From the IMG/VR virus record IMGVR_UViG_3300042380_000159: 64,000 bases of DNA; one strand, 5' to 3'. The translations under genes and the position numbers were made by a program. This document shows positions 34,753-43,911 of this stretch, one piece after another. The stretch is from an uncultured virus (IMG/VR IMGVR_UViG_3300042380_000159) (Duplodnaviria > Heunggongvirae > Uroviricota > Caudoviricetes). Every line of letters begins with the position of its first letter. Position 1 is the first letter of the stretch. The notes under the pieces were generated by a model. It searched no databases. It saw only the letters and a list, made by a program, of their open reading frames with translations, and had not been told where the DNA came from.

Positions 34753-35574
34753 TTAAGTCAGGGCCGGTGTCCTCGGCGTGTTCTTCCGCAACTGGCTCCA
34801 ATCGCAATACGCCTGCTCAAACAACGCCGGGCTGCGGTGGCCAAGGTGCAGCCTCCCCGCGCCGGGTTTCTCCATTTCGCAATGCGTGGCACCTGAGCGG
34901 CGCAGCCACTTGGAACTGCCGCCGAGCCCCTGCTTGTCGAGCAGATCCCGCATCAGCCTGTGGGCTCGCCGCCGCTTGCAGGCCCAGCCGAGGATCAACC
35001 CGTTCGGGCTTTTCGCCAGCATCGCGTCGATGGCGTCCAAGCATGCGGGCGTGAGCGGCCTAGTGAGCGGGTCGCCCGTCTTGCTCTGAGTCCACGCGAG
35101 CGTGTCGCCGTCGATGTTGTCACGACTGAACGCCATGACATCGCCAAACCGGGCACCGCACTCGTAGGCCAGCAATATCCAGCACCGCAGGAACTGGCCG
35201 AGATCGGCCCCGCTGCGGAGCCGCTTGCCGTTGTAGTCGGCCGTGGCCTTCAGGAGTTGCTGAAGTTGGGCAACCGTCCACGCCTTCGTGGGTTTTTTGC
35301 GGGCCTTCACCGTCATCACGCCACGCGGGGCAACGTCCACAAGTTCGGCCTCGTAGGCGAACCGCCAGAGCGTCAAGAGGATCGTGCGTTCGGCACGCAC
35401 GGTGGTGCTCTGCAATTGCGATGAACGCACCCGCAGATAGCGATTCACGGCATCGCTGGATATTTCGCCGCACTTGGCCGCGATCCGCTTCACGTTCGCC
35501 GCGTAATGCACCGACACAATCCGCTCGGATAGGTAGCGTTCGGCCACCTGCTGAAAAGTCTTCTTGGCTTTCAT
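34753..35574 (-). CDS. Second, internal tyrosine recombinase of unit 1
   Basis: CGARFGD, SKTG, KWLRRS, LGH, Y. Confidence 0.85.
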   Translation of the reverse strand: MKAKKTFQQVAERYLSERIVSVHYAANVKRIAAKCGEISSDAVNRYLRVRSSQLQSTTVRAERTILLTLWRFAYEAELVDVAPRGVMTVKARKKPTKAWTVAQLQQLLKATADYNGKRLRSGADLGQFLRCWILLAYECGARFGDVMAFSRDNIDGDTLAWTQSKTGDPLTRPLTPACLDAIDAMLAKSPNGLILGWACKRRRAHRLMRDLLDKQGLGGSSKWLRRSGATHCEMEKPGAGRLHLGHRSPALFEQAYCDWSQLRKNTPRTPALT

Positions 35575-35674
35575 GCCTTTGCGTCCTTTGTGTATTGGCC
35601 CCGTGAGGTGGGGCGGCCCGCTGGTTCACTCGCCGGGAGTTTTTTTGTTTGGGCGAGCCCCAGCTGCGGTGGAT

Positions 35675-36100
35675 TTACGCCTCTCCCGCTTGGCCACCGC
35701 TGCCCTCTTGCGGGCTTCCCCCTGCGGCTGGGGCTGTTTCTTCTGCTTGATCCCCTTCCACGAGTCGTGCCACGCCATCGGCGTCTTCCTTCCAAGTTGC
35801 TGCGTCTTCCACGGTTCTCCTGGCCGAAAGCCACGCGCTCATCAGCCTGTTTGTCCAGCGGCCATCCCACTCCTCGCCATCCAGCGCGTCGATCAGCAGC
35901 ACCAAGCGGGCGTGTATCCACTTCGCCTTCCTGGCAATCTGCTGGTCGGTCAGCATGGGAAGCGGGTCCGGGCCTCGACGGCCCGTAGGCTTCGGGGCGG
36001 CGCGTGGCCGCCGCTCGAAGACCTCGGGCTGCCGGGCCTCGAACTCGTTCCACTCGCCGGTGCTCGGCGGATGGCCCTCGTTGATGCGACGGTCGCTCAT
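35675..36100 (-). CDS. Hypothetical protein
   Basis: ATGA-coupled to the upstream recombinase gene. Confidence 0.5.
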   Translation of the reverse strand: MSDRRINEGHPPSTGEWNEFEARQPEVFERRPRAAPKPTGRRGPDPLPMLTDQQIARKAKWIHARLVLLIDALDGEEWDGRWTNRLMSAWLSARRTVEDAATWKEDADGVARLVEGDQAEETAPAAGGSPQEGSGGQAGEA

Positions 36101-36756
36101 CGGGCGTGTGCCTCCGCGTCGATCTCCTCCGCGTCGAAGTGCTCCACGCCGTTGTCTTCGGGCTCGGCGTGCTCGAGCCGCTGCACGGCGGCTCTGGTCT
36201 GCGTCACGCGAACGGTCTGCTGCGGCCGGGCCGCCTGATAGTCCTGTGCCTCCTCGGCCGTCACGAGGCCACGCAGGATGTCGGGGAACGCATCGCGGAG
36301 AGCGAAGCCCCTGGCCCGCAGTTGCAGCATCCGCTTCGGATATTGCGTCCACGGTCCCGACTTGCCCCACAGGCTGGCCCGCTTGGCGTCCTCCACGGAG
36401 AACTCGACACGCACCGGGGCGTGGCCCCTTCGCTTGGCGATGCAGACCGCCTTCGGGTTGGGCGTGCCCTCCCCCTCGATCGTCTCCTCGATGCCCTCGC
36501 ATACTGGCGAGGCAAGGCACAGAGCCTTCGCGGAGTCGCCCCAAATGCTGGGGCGGCCGTTGATGTTGGCGATGCACTGCAACGCCTGCATCGGGGCAAG
36601 GCCGAGCTCCGCACCGAAGGCGATCGCCCCGGCACACTTCTCGGGCTGGCCCTGGTAATCCTTCGGCACGAGGCCGCTCGCGGCGGCGATCTTGCCCAGC
36701 GTCATCAAGTCGCCCACGGAAGAAACCCGCAGGCCGGTGGTCAGGTCAGTGCTCAT
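36097..36756 (-). CDS. RecT/Red-beta-like ssDNA annealing protein
   Basis: ELGLAPMQAL..I..INGRPSIWGD...W.QYPKRML..RA. Confidence 0.8.
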   Translation of the reverse strand: MSTDLTTGLRVSSVGDLMTLGKIAAASGLVPKDYQGQPEKCAGAIAFGAELGLAPMQALQCIANINGRPSIWGDSAKALCLASPVCEGIEETIEGEGTPNPKAVCIAKRRGHAPVRVEFSVEDAKRASLWGKSGPWTQYPKRMLQLRARGFALRDAFPDILRGLVTAEEAQDYQAARPQQTVRVTQTRAAVQRLEHAEPEDNGVEHFDAEEIDAEAHAR

Positions 36757-36859
36757 TCGACATTCCTTTCGTTTCTTCGTCCTTTGAAAAGCCGCTCGCC
36801 GGTCCATCGGTCTGCGGCACGAATCGCCTCCTGCACCCGGCGTCCTGCCGGGGATTTCC

Positions 36860-37081
36860 CTAATGCGTGATGTCGCTGACGGGGACGTAGAGCCACGCCC
36901 CGCCGACGTTCAGGCACATCAGCGGCCCGTCCACCCACTCGACGTGGCCCGACCAGTGCTTGCCAGCGGTGTTGCCGCTGACGAAATCGCCATCGGCGGG
37001 CACCTGCCGGTTCACCGGGCGACCGGCCGCCTCGAGCATTCCAGCCACCGCACCCGCGTACTCCCGTTCGTGAGCATCCAT
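36860..37081 (-). CDS. Small conserved protein (homolog of 32-253)
   Basis: Sequence similarity; GGGAG SD. Confidence 0.8.
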   Translation of the reverse strand: MDAHEREYAGAVAGMLEAAGRPVNRQVPADGDFVSGNTAGKHWSGHVEWVDGPLMCLNVGGAWLYVPVSDITH

Positions 37082-37097
37082 TTCAGTCTCCCTTTTG

Positions 37098-37141
37098 TTC
37101 CAAGTTCGGTAGTTCTGTACCAAAGTCGGTAGTTCGGTCAA
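37098..37141 (-). promoter_or_regulatory. Tandem operator sites CTACCG-N4-TGG(T/A)AC with overlapping promoter
   Basis: GAACTACCGA twice on the - strand; TTGACC-N16-TACAGA. Confidence 0.6.
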
Positions 37142-37281
37142 CGGCAAAATAATCCGATCACCGAAACCGCCAACTCAATCGCGTCGTGGACGGCCTTCGA
37201 TGCCGGGGAGTACGTTCCCAGGTCCTGGCCGATGCGGATCAGCACGAGAGCGTGCAGAGCGTTGTCCCAAGTCGGTTTCAC
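37138..37281 (-). CDS. 47-aa protein (homolog of 340-483, not in ORF track)
   Basis: Hand translation; GAAAGGAG SD, GTG start. Confidence 0.7.
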   Translation of the reverse strand: MKPTWDNALHALVLIRIGQDLGTYSPASKAVHDAIELAVSVIGLFCR

Positions 37282-37303
37282 AATGACTCCTTTCATGTGG
37301 GGG

Positions 37304-37331
37304 ATACTACCAAGTTCGGTAGTTCCGTCAA
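37304..37331 (-). promoter_or_regulatory. Early promoter TTGACG-N16-TAGTAT containing operator CTACCGAACTTGGTAG
   Basis: Read directly on the - strand. Confidence 0.7.
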
Positions 37332-37371
37332 CACGAATTCAGAAAAAATCTTTTCCGGCGTTTCACCCGTG

Positions 37372-37626
37372 CTAGGCGCTCTTACGGCGGCGCTTCGGGG
37401 CGGGCTTCGAGGGCTTGTCCTTGGCCGCGTTGGAGCGGCTCGACAAGTTCTTGCGTAGGGCGACGGCCTCGGCCCGATCCACCATCCAAGTCCACTCGTT
37501 CACTTGGAAGCCGCCGAGCTTGCCCTCTCGCAGCAGGTGGCGAATCCAGCCGTCTGTGCAGCCAGCCAGTTCGCAAGCCTCAGAAACGGAAACCCACTTG
37601 TTGTCGGGGGATGCCACGGTGCTCAT
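37372..37626 (-). CDS. Excisionase/MerR-type HTH protein (candidate repressor, unit 1)
   Basis: WVSVSEACELAGCTDGWIRHLLREGKL.G...W. Confidence 0.82.
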   Translation of the reverse strand: MSTVASPDNKWVSVSEACELAGCTDGWIRHLLREGKLGGFQVNEWTWMVDRAEAVALRKNLSSRSNAAKDKPSKPAPKRRRKSA

Positions 37627-37632
37627 GCCTCC

Positions 37633-37660
37633 ATACTACCGAGTGCGGTAGGAAGTTCAA
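37633..37660 (-). promoter_or_regulatory. HTH-gene promoter TTGAAC-N16-TAGTAT with palindromic operator CTACCG-CACT-CGGTAG
   Basis: Perfect 6-bp arms; 6 nt from the -10 to the ATG. Confidence 0.7.
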
Positions 37661-37861
37661 ACGCCCACGCAGGCGCTTGCCTTTGGAGGTCGGCAACCGT
37701 AGCGTTGAACTACGGGAACCGACCACCAATGGAGCGGAGTCCACTTGATAGGTCTGAGGCGGAAAACACCGACTTCAGGAAATTAGCAGACACGGACGCC
37801 GCGCGCCGATTCGCGGGCTAGATAGAGGAGGCGGGAAGCCCCCAACTAGGAGTACCACCAA

Positions 37862-38752
37862 ATGATGCTGTCAGAGCTTTTTTCCCGCGAATATGCCCCT
37901 CTTCGACGCCTTGGGCAGAAGAGCATCAACTGCTACATGGTCAGCCTGCGGCACTTCGACAGACACTTGGGCGAGTCGGCACGGTTGGACCATTTGACGG
38001 ACTTGACGGTTGCCCGGTTCCTTGCCGCCCGTGAGCGGGAAACCTGCCGGGCCACGGCGGCGCGCGATCGCGTGCAGCTGCTGGCCCTCTGGCGGTATGC
38101 CGCCCGGAAGCGGATGAAGGCCAGTGATGGCACCCTGCTCGACTTCCCCGAGGTGCCGATCATGCGAGCCCCGGCCCGCGTCCCGGTGGCCTACACGTCG
38201 GAAGACGTGGCCCTGCTGATCCGCGAGGCCAGGAGGTTCACCGGCACCGTGGCCGGGATTCCCGAGGCCGATTGGTGGTCAAGTTTGTTGCTTTGCCTGT
38301 GGGAGTCGGGCGAACGGATCAACGCCGTTATGCACACCAAGTGGCGGGAAATCGACACGGCAGGCCGCCGCATCACTTTCCGGGCTGAAACCCGCAAGAA
38401 CCAGACACGCGACCTAGACCGTCAGATTTCGCCTACGCTGGCCGCTTGGCTGTCTGGGCGCATCCAGAGCCAGAATGCCCTCGTGTGGCCCTGGGACCGC
38501 AACGCATGCCTTCTGTGGAAGCGTATGCAGGGGATCGCCAGCCGCGCCCGCGTCCAGTATCGTGGCTTCCACGGGATTCGCCGTGCCGCCGTGTCGTATG
38601 CGGAGGCAGCGTGCCCAGGAGCAGGCCAGAAACTGGCGGACCACTCGAGCCCAGCGATCACCCAGAAGAGCTACCTCGATCCACGGATTGTGCCGCAAGG
38701 TCCATCCGCACCGGATCTGCTGCCGAAACTGGATTTGACGCCGCCGACGTAA
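37862..38752 (+). CDS. int: Tyrosine recombinase/integrase
   Basis: SGERIN, FHGIRR, ADH, YLDP; diverged homolog of 1315-2202. Confidence 0.92.
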   Translation: MMLSELFSREYAPLRRLGQKSINCYMVSLRHFDRHLGESARLDHLTDLTVARFLAARERETCRATAARDRVQLLALWRYAARKRMKASDGTLLDFPEVPIMRAPARVPVAYTSEDVALLIREARRFTGTVAGIPEADWWSSLLLCLWESGERINAVMHTKWREIDTAGRRITFRAETRKNQTRDLDRQISPTLAAWLSGRIQSQNALVWPWDRNACLLWKRMQGIASRARVQYRGFHGIRRAAVSYAEAACPGAGQKLADHSSPAITQKSYLDPRIVPQGPSAPDLLPKLDLTPPT

Positions 38753-38795
38753 AGCCTCCTCCGCGTTGGTCTATGACCTGCGCGGAATAACCGGA

Positions 38796-38863
38796 AGCCG
38801 GGCAAGCGGGGAGATGTTGAGGAAAGGAAGGAAAACTCAACACCTACAACCCGCCGCCCGGCT
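38796..38863. other. Conserved hairpin with GAAAGGAAGGAAAA loop
   Basis: Inner stem TGTTGAG/CTCAACA, outer stem AGCCGGGC/GCCCGGCT. Confidence 0.75.
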
Positions 38864-39060
38864 CATTGTTCCGCTGGTCGCTGGATGTTCTCGCGTGCCG
38901 CCAGCATCGCCAGCAGCCGCTCACGCTCTTCGAGCAGGCGGCCGATCATGCGTGCCGCCGTGCCGTTCGTGGCCGTCCACGAATTGGAAGGCCCGTGGCG
39001 GCCCACCCACAGCCACGCTTCCTGGGCCTCGTCTTCGGTGTAGGGCACGCGGGGATTCAC
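38863..39060 (-). CDS. Conserved 65-aa protein
   Basis: Ortholog of 2268-2465. Confidence 0.8.
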   Translation of the reverse strand: MNPRVPYTEDEAQEAWLWVGRHGPSNSWTATNGTAARMIGRLLEERERLLAMLAARENIQRPAEQ

Positions 39061-39404
39061 TCCACGCTCTCCCGATACAGCACCAGGGCAATGATCGAAT
39101 ACGCCGCGAGGTCGAGCAGCGTGTCCTCCACGCCGTCGAATTCCACCTCGCCCCGGCGAAAGAACGACCGCAGCCTGTGCATCTTGTCGCTCATGCGGAG
39201 CACGCAGCCCGCGTAGGCGGGCACGTTGATCACGTCGGCCGAGTTGCGAATGTTGCTCAGGGCATCATCGTCCTGCCCATAGTCTTTTGTCTTCCTCAAG
39301 TGGAGCGTGCGGATCTCGTCGAGGATGTCGAGGAACTCGCGCGAGCCCGGCCGCAATCCCTCACGCATCACGCCATCGCCATTGAGTCGGTCGGCCACAA
39401 TCAT
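39057..39404 (-). CDS. DUF1599-like protein
   Basis: Ortholog of 2462-2812. Confidence 0.7.
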   Translation of the reverse strand: MIVADRLNGDGVMREGLRPGSREFLDILDEIRTLHLRKTKDYGQDDDALSNIRNSADVINVPAYAGCVLRMSDKMHRLRSFFRRGEVEFDGVEDTLLDLAAYSIIALVLYRESVE

Positions 39405-40477
39405 TCCTTTCCCTTTCGCAGATCACGGTCGCAGTAGATCGGCATGGCCTTCGTCACTTCGTTTCGCCCGTGGTCGATGACGATGGCCGCCTGGCATGGC
39501 GGCTCGTAGGCCGCCTTGATCCGCGTAGCGTATGCCGAGTGTCCAATCACGCTCCCGTTCGCCACATAGCGACCGGCTCGCAGCCATTGGAACTGGTGCC
39601 AGTGGCCGAAGCAGGTGAGATCGGCCCGCTCGATCGCATCCCACGCACTGATCGCCTTGTTCGTCGGGACCGTGATGCCGCCCACGCCGCCGCCGTACTT
39701 GATCGCGTGGCCGTGGTGGAAGCGGATGCGGAAGCCGTCGAGGTCCACATAGTTCAAGTAGCCGGTGCCCACCTGCCAGCGGACGTTCTTCTGCGGCTCG
39801 GCAGCGGCCATCGTCAGGTAAAGATTCTGCTCGAAGGAGTGCTCCATCTCGGTGCCGATGCGGAGCTTCTCCGTGCTGCGGCCGTGGTTGCCGCTGTTCG
39901 TCGCCACGACCACTTCGCTGGCGTTGCCCGCCACCTCGTCAATGAAGTTCCGCAGGATGCCGCCGATGAACCGGCACGCCGCGAGCGGGGCCAGTTGTGC
40001 CATCTCGGCCGTATCGGGGTGAATGTGGCCAGACAGAAGATCCCCGCCGAGCCAGACCACCACGCGGTCGATGCGGGCCAGCTGCCGCTCGTGCTCCAGC
40101 AGGACGGCGAACCGCTCCAGCAGTTCGGCCATGCGTTGCTCGCACACTTCGAGGTCGTATGAGTTCAGCCCGTTGACCGTCTCGGGATCGACACGCTCTT
40201 CGCAGTGGATGTCGGAGAGCAGCACGACCATCGTGGCCGGGTGCTTCTTGCCCTTGACACTTTTGGTCAAGGCCCGCTTCGTGGGCTTGATCCCAGCCAG
40301 GCCCGCGATCGCATCAGCCCGCTCGCGCTCCTTGTCGATCTGGGCGAGCGCCGCCTTATACCGGTTCCGGTATGAAGCCACCTCGGCCCGCAGCCGCGCC
40401 AGTTCGGCGTCGGCCGCCAGCTGCGAGGCGTGCTCCATCCCGGCCACGATCTCGTCGGCTACTTTTCGTCGAGCCAT
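39401..40477 (-). CDS. Calcineurin-like metallophosphoesterase with N-terminal coiled coil
   Basis: SDIH, GGD, GNHG, HGH, GHWH. Confidence 0.88.
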   Translation of the reverse strand: MARRKVADEIVAGMEHASQLAADAELARLRAEVASYRNRYKAALAQIDKERERADAIAGLAGIKPTKRALTKSVKGKKHPATMVVLLSDIHCEERVDPETVNGLNSYDLEVCEQRMAELLERFAVLLEHERQLARIDRVVVWLGGDLLSGHIHPDTAEMAQLAPLAACRFIGGILRNFIDEVAGNASEVVVATNSGNHGRSTEKLRIGTEMEHSFEQNLYLTMAAAEPQKNVRWQVGTGYLNYVDLDGFRIRFHHGHAIKYGGGVGGITVPTNKAISAWDAIERADLTCFGHWHQFQWLRAGRYVANGSVIGHSAYATRIKAAYEPPCQAAIVIDHGRNEVTKAMPIYCDRDLRKGKE

Positions 40478-40710
40478 TGCTGAACTCCGTGATGCCCAAC
40501 GGTGGCAATGCCGTGGTCGGCCAAGTATTTTGAGACGGCGCGGGCCACGGGCTTCTTGCCAGTGCCGAGTTCACCCGCCTTGTACGCCCGGCGGATCTCG
40601 GCAAGCGTCGCCTGGTGCTCTGGGGCAACGCGGTCGAACCACCGCAGGAACTTGCCGCTGGGCAGGTTCGCCCGAATCTCATCGAGCAGGCTTGTCTTTG
40701 CCTTTGCCAC
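40459..40710 (-). CDS. Small helical protein
   Basis: Homolog of 3963-4217. Confidence 0.7.
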   Translation of the reverse strand: MAKAKTSLLDEIRANLPSGKFLRWFDRVAPEHQATLAEIRRAYKAGELGTGKKPVARAVSKYLADHGIATVGHHGVQQWLDEK

Positions 40711-40861
40711 GCTTGGCTCCTTTCGTGGGCTTGGGCTTCGCAGAGCGCCGCAGGACCATGTTGCCGTCGTCGTCCAAGGTGAACGGCGGCGAGGCGTCGT
40801 CGTCCTCGTAGTCGAGCTCGGCGAGGTTAGGCGTCTTCGCCTTGGGCGGCTTGCGGGGCAT
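40679..40861 (-). CDS. Small basic/acidic protein
   Basis: Homolog of 4189-4365. Confidence 0.7.
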   Translation of the reverse strand: MPRKPPKAKTPNLAELDYEDDDASPPFTLDDDGNMVLRRSAKPKPTKGAKRGKGKDKPAR

Positions 40862-40896
40862 CGGCGTCCCTTTCGCCGCTCACCCTAGCCAGGGCG

Positions 40897-42489
40897 TCAA
40901 GCGTCAGGGAACGCGGCCGTTGGCGGCGTGAAGTTCGCCGTGTAGCGGGCGACGCCCTTCGTGATGCGGAGGTCGTCTATGTAGCCACGAAGAGCATTCT
41001 GCTGATGGCTGAAATTCGGAAATGCAAACAAGGCCACGGATTCTTGCGTGAAGTCGTCGGGACTTGCGCCGGAAACTCCGCCCACGCCGTTGACGTAGAC
41101 CCTCAAAGACCCAGATTGACGAACGGCCGCTAAATGTACCCACTGCGCAACAGGGATAACGCTAGAGGTTGCGATAGTAGTGCCTCCGTCTCTGCGCACA
41201 TGCGCAAAACCATTGCCGGATTCGTCCATTACGATAAATAGAGGCGACCCTCCCCGCGTAAACACAAGCCACGCCCCCGCTGCCCGCGCAGACTGGTCGG
41301 GGAAATAAATCCACAATTCGATCGTGAAGTCGCCGGTGCCCAGGGCCAGCCCGGAACTATTAGACACAGTTAGGTGAGCGCCGGGCGAGCCCGGGCCATC
41401 AAAATAGCCGCTCTTTCCACCGAACCTGCTTTGCGCCGTGCTCTGCGTCGCGTTTCCAAAGGCCGTGATCGTTTTCGGCGTGCCGCTCGAATCGACGAAC
41501 GTGTTGCCGCTGCCGTCCATGTGGAGCAGCAGCGAGACGCTGGAGAAGTTGGGGTCGGTTGCAGTAAACGTAGATAACGACGCCCGCTTCCATGTATTCG
41601 ATGCCACGCAAACGTAGAAGTTATTCGCATCATACGCCATTGCACCGGCGGTGCCGGTCGAGGTTGGCGACTCTGGCGCTGTAGTCCACGTCACGCCCTG
41701 CGCGCCGGTATCACCGCGCGGAATGGTCAGCGAAAGAGTTTGATTCGGGGCCGTGCCGGTAATGGTCGCGCTCGCAGACGAGCCCGCTGCGCCGGTGGTC
41801 ACGGTGCCGATAGAAAGACTGTTTGCCGGGCCAGCCGCGCCAGTGGCCCCCGTCTCGCCAGTATTTCCGCGCGGGATCGTGAGGGAGAGCGTCTGATTCG
41901 GCGCGGTGCCGGTGATGGATGCCGAGGCGTTGCTCCCGGCTGCCCCCGTTGTCACCGTGCCGACGCTCAATGAGTTCGCAGGCCCGGCGGCCCCCGTGGC
42001 ACCAGTTGCGCCAGCCGCACCGGCGGCCCCCGCGTCTCCTCGTGGAATCGTGAGCGAAAGCGTCTGGTTCGGAGCGGTGCCTGTGATGGTCGCGGATGCG
42101 TTGCTTCCGGCCGCCCCGGTCGTCACCGTGCCAACCGTCAGGCTATTCGCAGGCCCGGCCGGGCCGACGCTGCCGGTCGCCCCCGTGCTGCCCGTGGCTC
42201 CCGTCTGGCCGGTATCGCCACGCGGGATCGTGAGCGAGAGCGTTTGATTAGGTGCCGTCCCGGTCAGCGTTGCGGAGGCGTTTGAGCCCGCCGCGCCGGT
42301 CGTCACGGTGCCAATCGCAAGCGTCGTCGCTGGCCCGGTGTCACCTTTCGGCCCGCGATCCCCTCCCATCTGCGTTACGCTCACCGTGGCCGTCGCACCC
42401 GACACGGCCACGTCGGCCGCCGCAGTGCTGCCCGTAACGTCTACGGACACACCGCTGCCGCCCGCAACGCTTACGGTAATTTCGCTCAT
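40897..42489 (-). CDS. Collagen-like fibre protein with C-terminal LamG-like domain
   Basis: Four GTVTTGAAGS.ASA..TGTAPNQTLSLTIPRG repeats with Gly-X-Y spacers; FTIELW...WVHLAAVR...GYIDDLRIT. Confidence 0.85.
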   Translation of the reverse strand: MSEITVSVAGGSGVSVDVTGSTAAADVAVSGATATVSVTQMGGDRGPKGDTGPATTLAIGTVTTGAAGSNASATLTGTAPNQTLSLTIPRGDTGQTGATGSTGATGSVGPAGPANSLTVGTVTTGAAGSNASATITGTAPNQTLSLTIPRGDAGAAGAAGATGATGAAGPANSLSVGTVTTGAAGSNASASITGTAPNQTLSLTIPRGNTGETGATGAAGPANSLSIGTVTTGAAGSSASATITGTAPNQTLSLTIPRGDTGAQGVTWTTAPESPTSTGTAGAMAYDANNFYVCVASNTWKRASLSTFTATDPNFSSVSLLLHMDGSGNTFVDSSGTPKTITAFGNATQSTAQSRFGGKSGYFDGPGSPGAHLTVSNSSGLALGTGDFTIELWIYFPDQSARAAGAWLVFTRGGSPLFIVMDESGNGFAHVRRDGGTTIATSSVIPVAQWVHLAAVRQSGSLRVYVNGVGGVSGASPDDFTQESVALFAFPNFSHQQNALRGYIDDLRITKGVARYTANFTPPTAAFPDA

Positions 42490-42845
42490 GGCGTGGTCGG
42501 CGTCACGGTGCCAGAGAGATAGGTGCGAGTCACGCCGCCGGGCGAAACGCCACGGAAGTACCAGCGGTAACTCTTGGACGTGAGCAGCGCTGCCGTCTGC
42601 ACTTCAGTCAGCGAAAGGATCATTTGCCCGTTGGCCGCGCTCACAGTTTCAATCGCGAACGTCGCGGCGGTTGCACCCTGGCCCGACACGGGCGACCCGT
42701 TCAGAAAGACGGTTGCCACCTCGTAGATGATCGCCGTCCAGGTGTAGCCGGTGCCGTTGAGCGACAGATCGACGCTCATATTGAACTCGTCGCCTAGCGT
42801 GAAGGCGAGACTGAGATTCGCCGGTAGGGCCGAGTAAGTTGCCAT
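42486..42845 (-). CDS. Fibre attachment/adaptor-like protein
   Basis: Precedes the fibre; similar to 62893-63207 (GD.F...SLT..QTAAL...G.V). Confidence 0.6.
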   Translation of the reverse strand: MATYSALPANLSLAFTLGDEFNMSVDLSLNGTGYTWTAIIYEVATVFLNGSPVSGQGATAATFAIETVSAANGQMILSLTEVQTAALLTSKSYRWYFRGVSPGGVTRTYLSGTVTPTTP

Positions 42846-42851
42846 ACGCCC

Positions 42852-42882
42852 AGCCTACGAATCGCAGCGGGCAGGCTTGCAG
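42852..42882 (-). promoter_or_regulatory. Putative late promoter CTGCAAG-N18-TAGGCT
   Basis: Same motif and 6-nt distance to the ATG as at 20710-20740. Confidence 0.65.
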
Positions 42883-42884
42883 AG

Positions 42885-43322
42885 TCAGGATGCCCGGCGG
42901 GCATTGGCGATGGCCCGCTTTACGAGCAGCCGCCCGGCGGCGTCGAGGAACGGCAGGCCGCGAGCCTTGGCTTCCTCTCGCATCACCGCCACGACCTCCT
43001 CGATCCGTTCGGGCTTGCTGCACTCATCCGGCCCCCAGGCGTCCATCTCGGCCGCCTTGGCTCGGCAGGCGCAAGTGGGGGTGGGCTCGATGCCGAAGCG
43101 TTTCAGGAGCTTGGAGAGTTCGGTGCCGGGGCCGGATTGTTTCGCGGTGGGTGGCAGCGATGGAGCGCCTGACCGCTCTACCATCTCGGCAAATCTGTCG
43201 CGCATCGCCCGCAATTCTTCGGGTGTCATTGTCGGCAGGCAGTTCGACCGGGCCGTGCGCGATGGACCCTTCTTGCCGCACGCAGGGCAGGTTAGTGCGT
43301 CGTTATTAAAGGTGCAGTTCAC
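42885..43322 (-). CDS. Cys-rich tail-associated protein
   Basis: CPAC, G..L...GI...CAC; positional homolog of 4408-4743. Confidence 0.6.
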   Translation of the reverse strand: MNCTFNNDALTCPACGKKGPSRTARSNCLPTMTPEELRAMRDRFAEMVERSGAPSLPPTAKQSGPGTELSKLLKRFGIEPTPTCACRAKAAEMDAWGPDECSKPERIEEVVAVMREEAKARGLPFLDAAGRLLVKRAIANARRAS

Positions 43323-43909
43323 GGAGAAACCTCGTACTGGACGTACCCTACAAAACCCCCTGCGGTCCCAACAGGAAACTGCCCGGTCGCCAAAAAATCG
43401 ACGCCTTCGCACTCCCAGCCCTCGCAGCACATAGTGGCAAATCGGCAGCCGAATCCGCAGGTAAAGCCGTATTTTCCTCCCGCGTCCGTTCTTCCCGTGC
43501 CTCTGTTGAGTCCAGCTGACCCAATGGCAAGAGAGAAATCTTGTTCTTCGTGAATCCAAAGGTCGTTACCGCAACCGCCGCTGATATGGTTCAGCGTATA
43601 GTCGCCATACAAATCGGAGTATTGCTCCGGCATGGGGTTGAGGTCATACCTAGATAGCTTCAGATTGATCGTCTGCTTCGGCTTGCAATATTCGCATGGC
43701 GTGCTTGTGCATCCCGGCGGGCACGTCTCACACACACCCACCTGCGTATTTGGCTGACCCGGGCAGGTGCAGATCTGCGACTGCTGGCACTGCCGCCCCG
43801 CCTTGAACGTCCCGCCGTTCTGCTGGCACTGGCACGAATGAATCCCGCTCGTGCAGGTCGTGCCTTGGCAGCACACGCCGTTCGTGCCTTCGCAGCAACA
43901 ACAGGCCAT
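43319..43909 (-). CDS. Very Cys-rich tail protein
   Basis: MACCCCEGTNGVCC...; occupies the slot of 4740-6854. Confidence 0.6.
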   Translation of the reverse strand: MACCCCEGTNGVCCQGTTCTSGIHSCQCQQNGGTFKAGRQCQQSQICTCPGQPNTQVGVCETCPPGCTSTPCEYCKPKQTINLKLSRYDLNPMPEQYSDLYGDYTLNHISGGCGNDLWIHEEQDFSLAIGSAGLNRGTGRTDAGGKYGFTCGFGCRFATMCCEGWECEGVDFLATGQFPVGTAGGFVGYVQYEVSP

Positions 43910-43911
43910 CG

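Larger units (their letters stand above)
1261..37800. mobile_element. Phage unit 1, apparently one complete ~36.6 kb HK97-like temperate phage genome (boundaries approximate)
   Basis: Integrase, tail, head, terminase, putative lysis, replication and regulator modules present once, then the gene order restarts. Confidence 0.9.

Noticed and set aside
41700..42340. Tandem DNA repeats resembling a CRISPR array
   Set aside because: They are in-frame protein repeats of the fibre with synonymous variation; no cas genes
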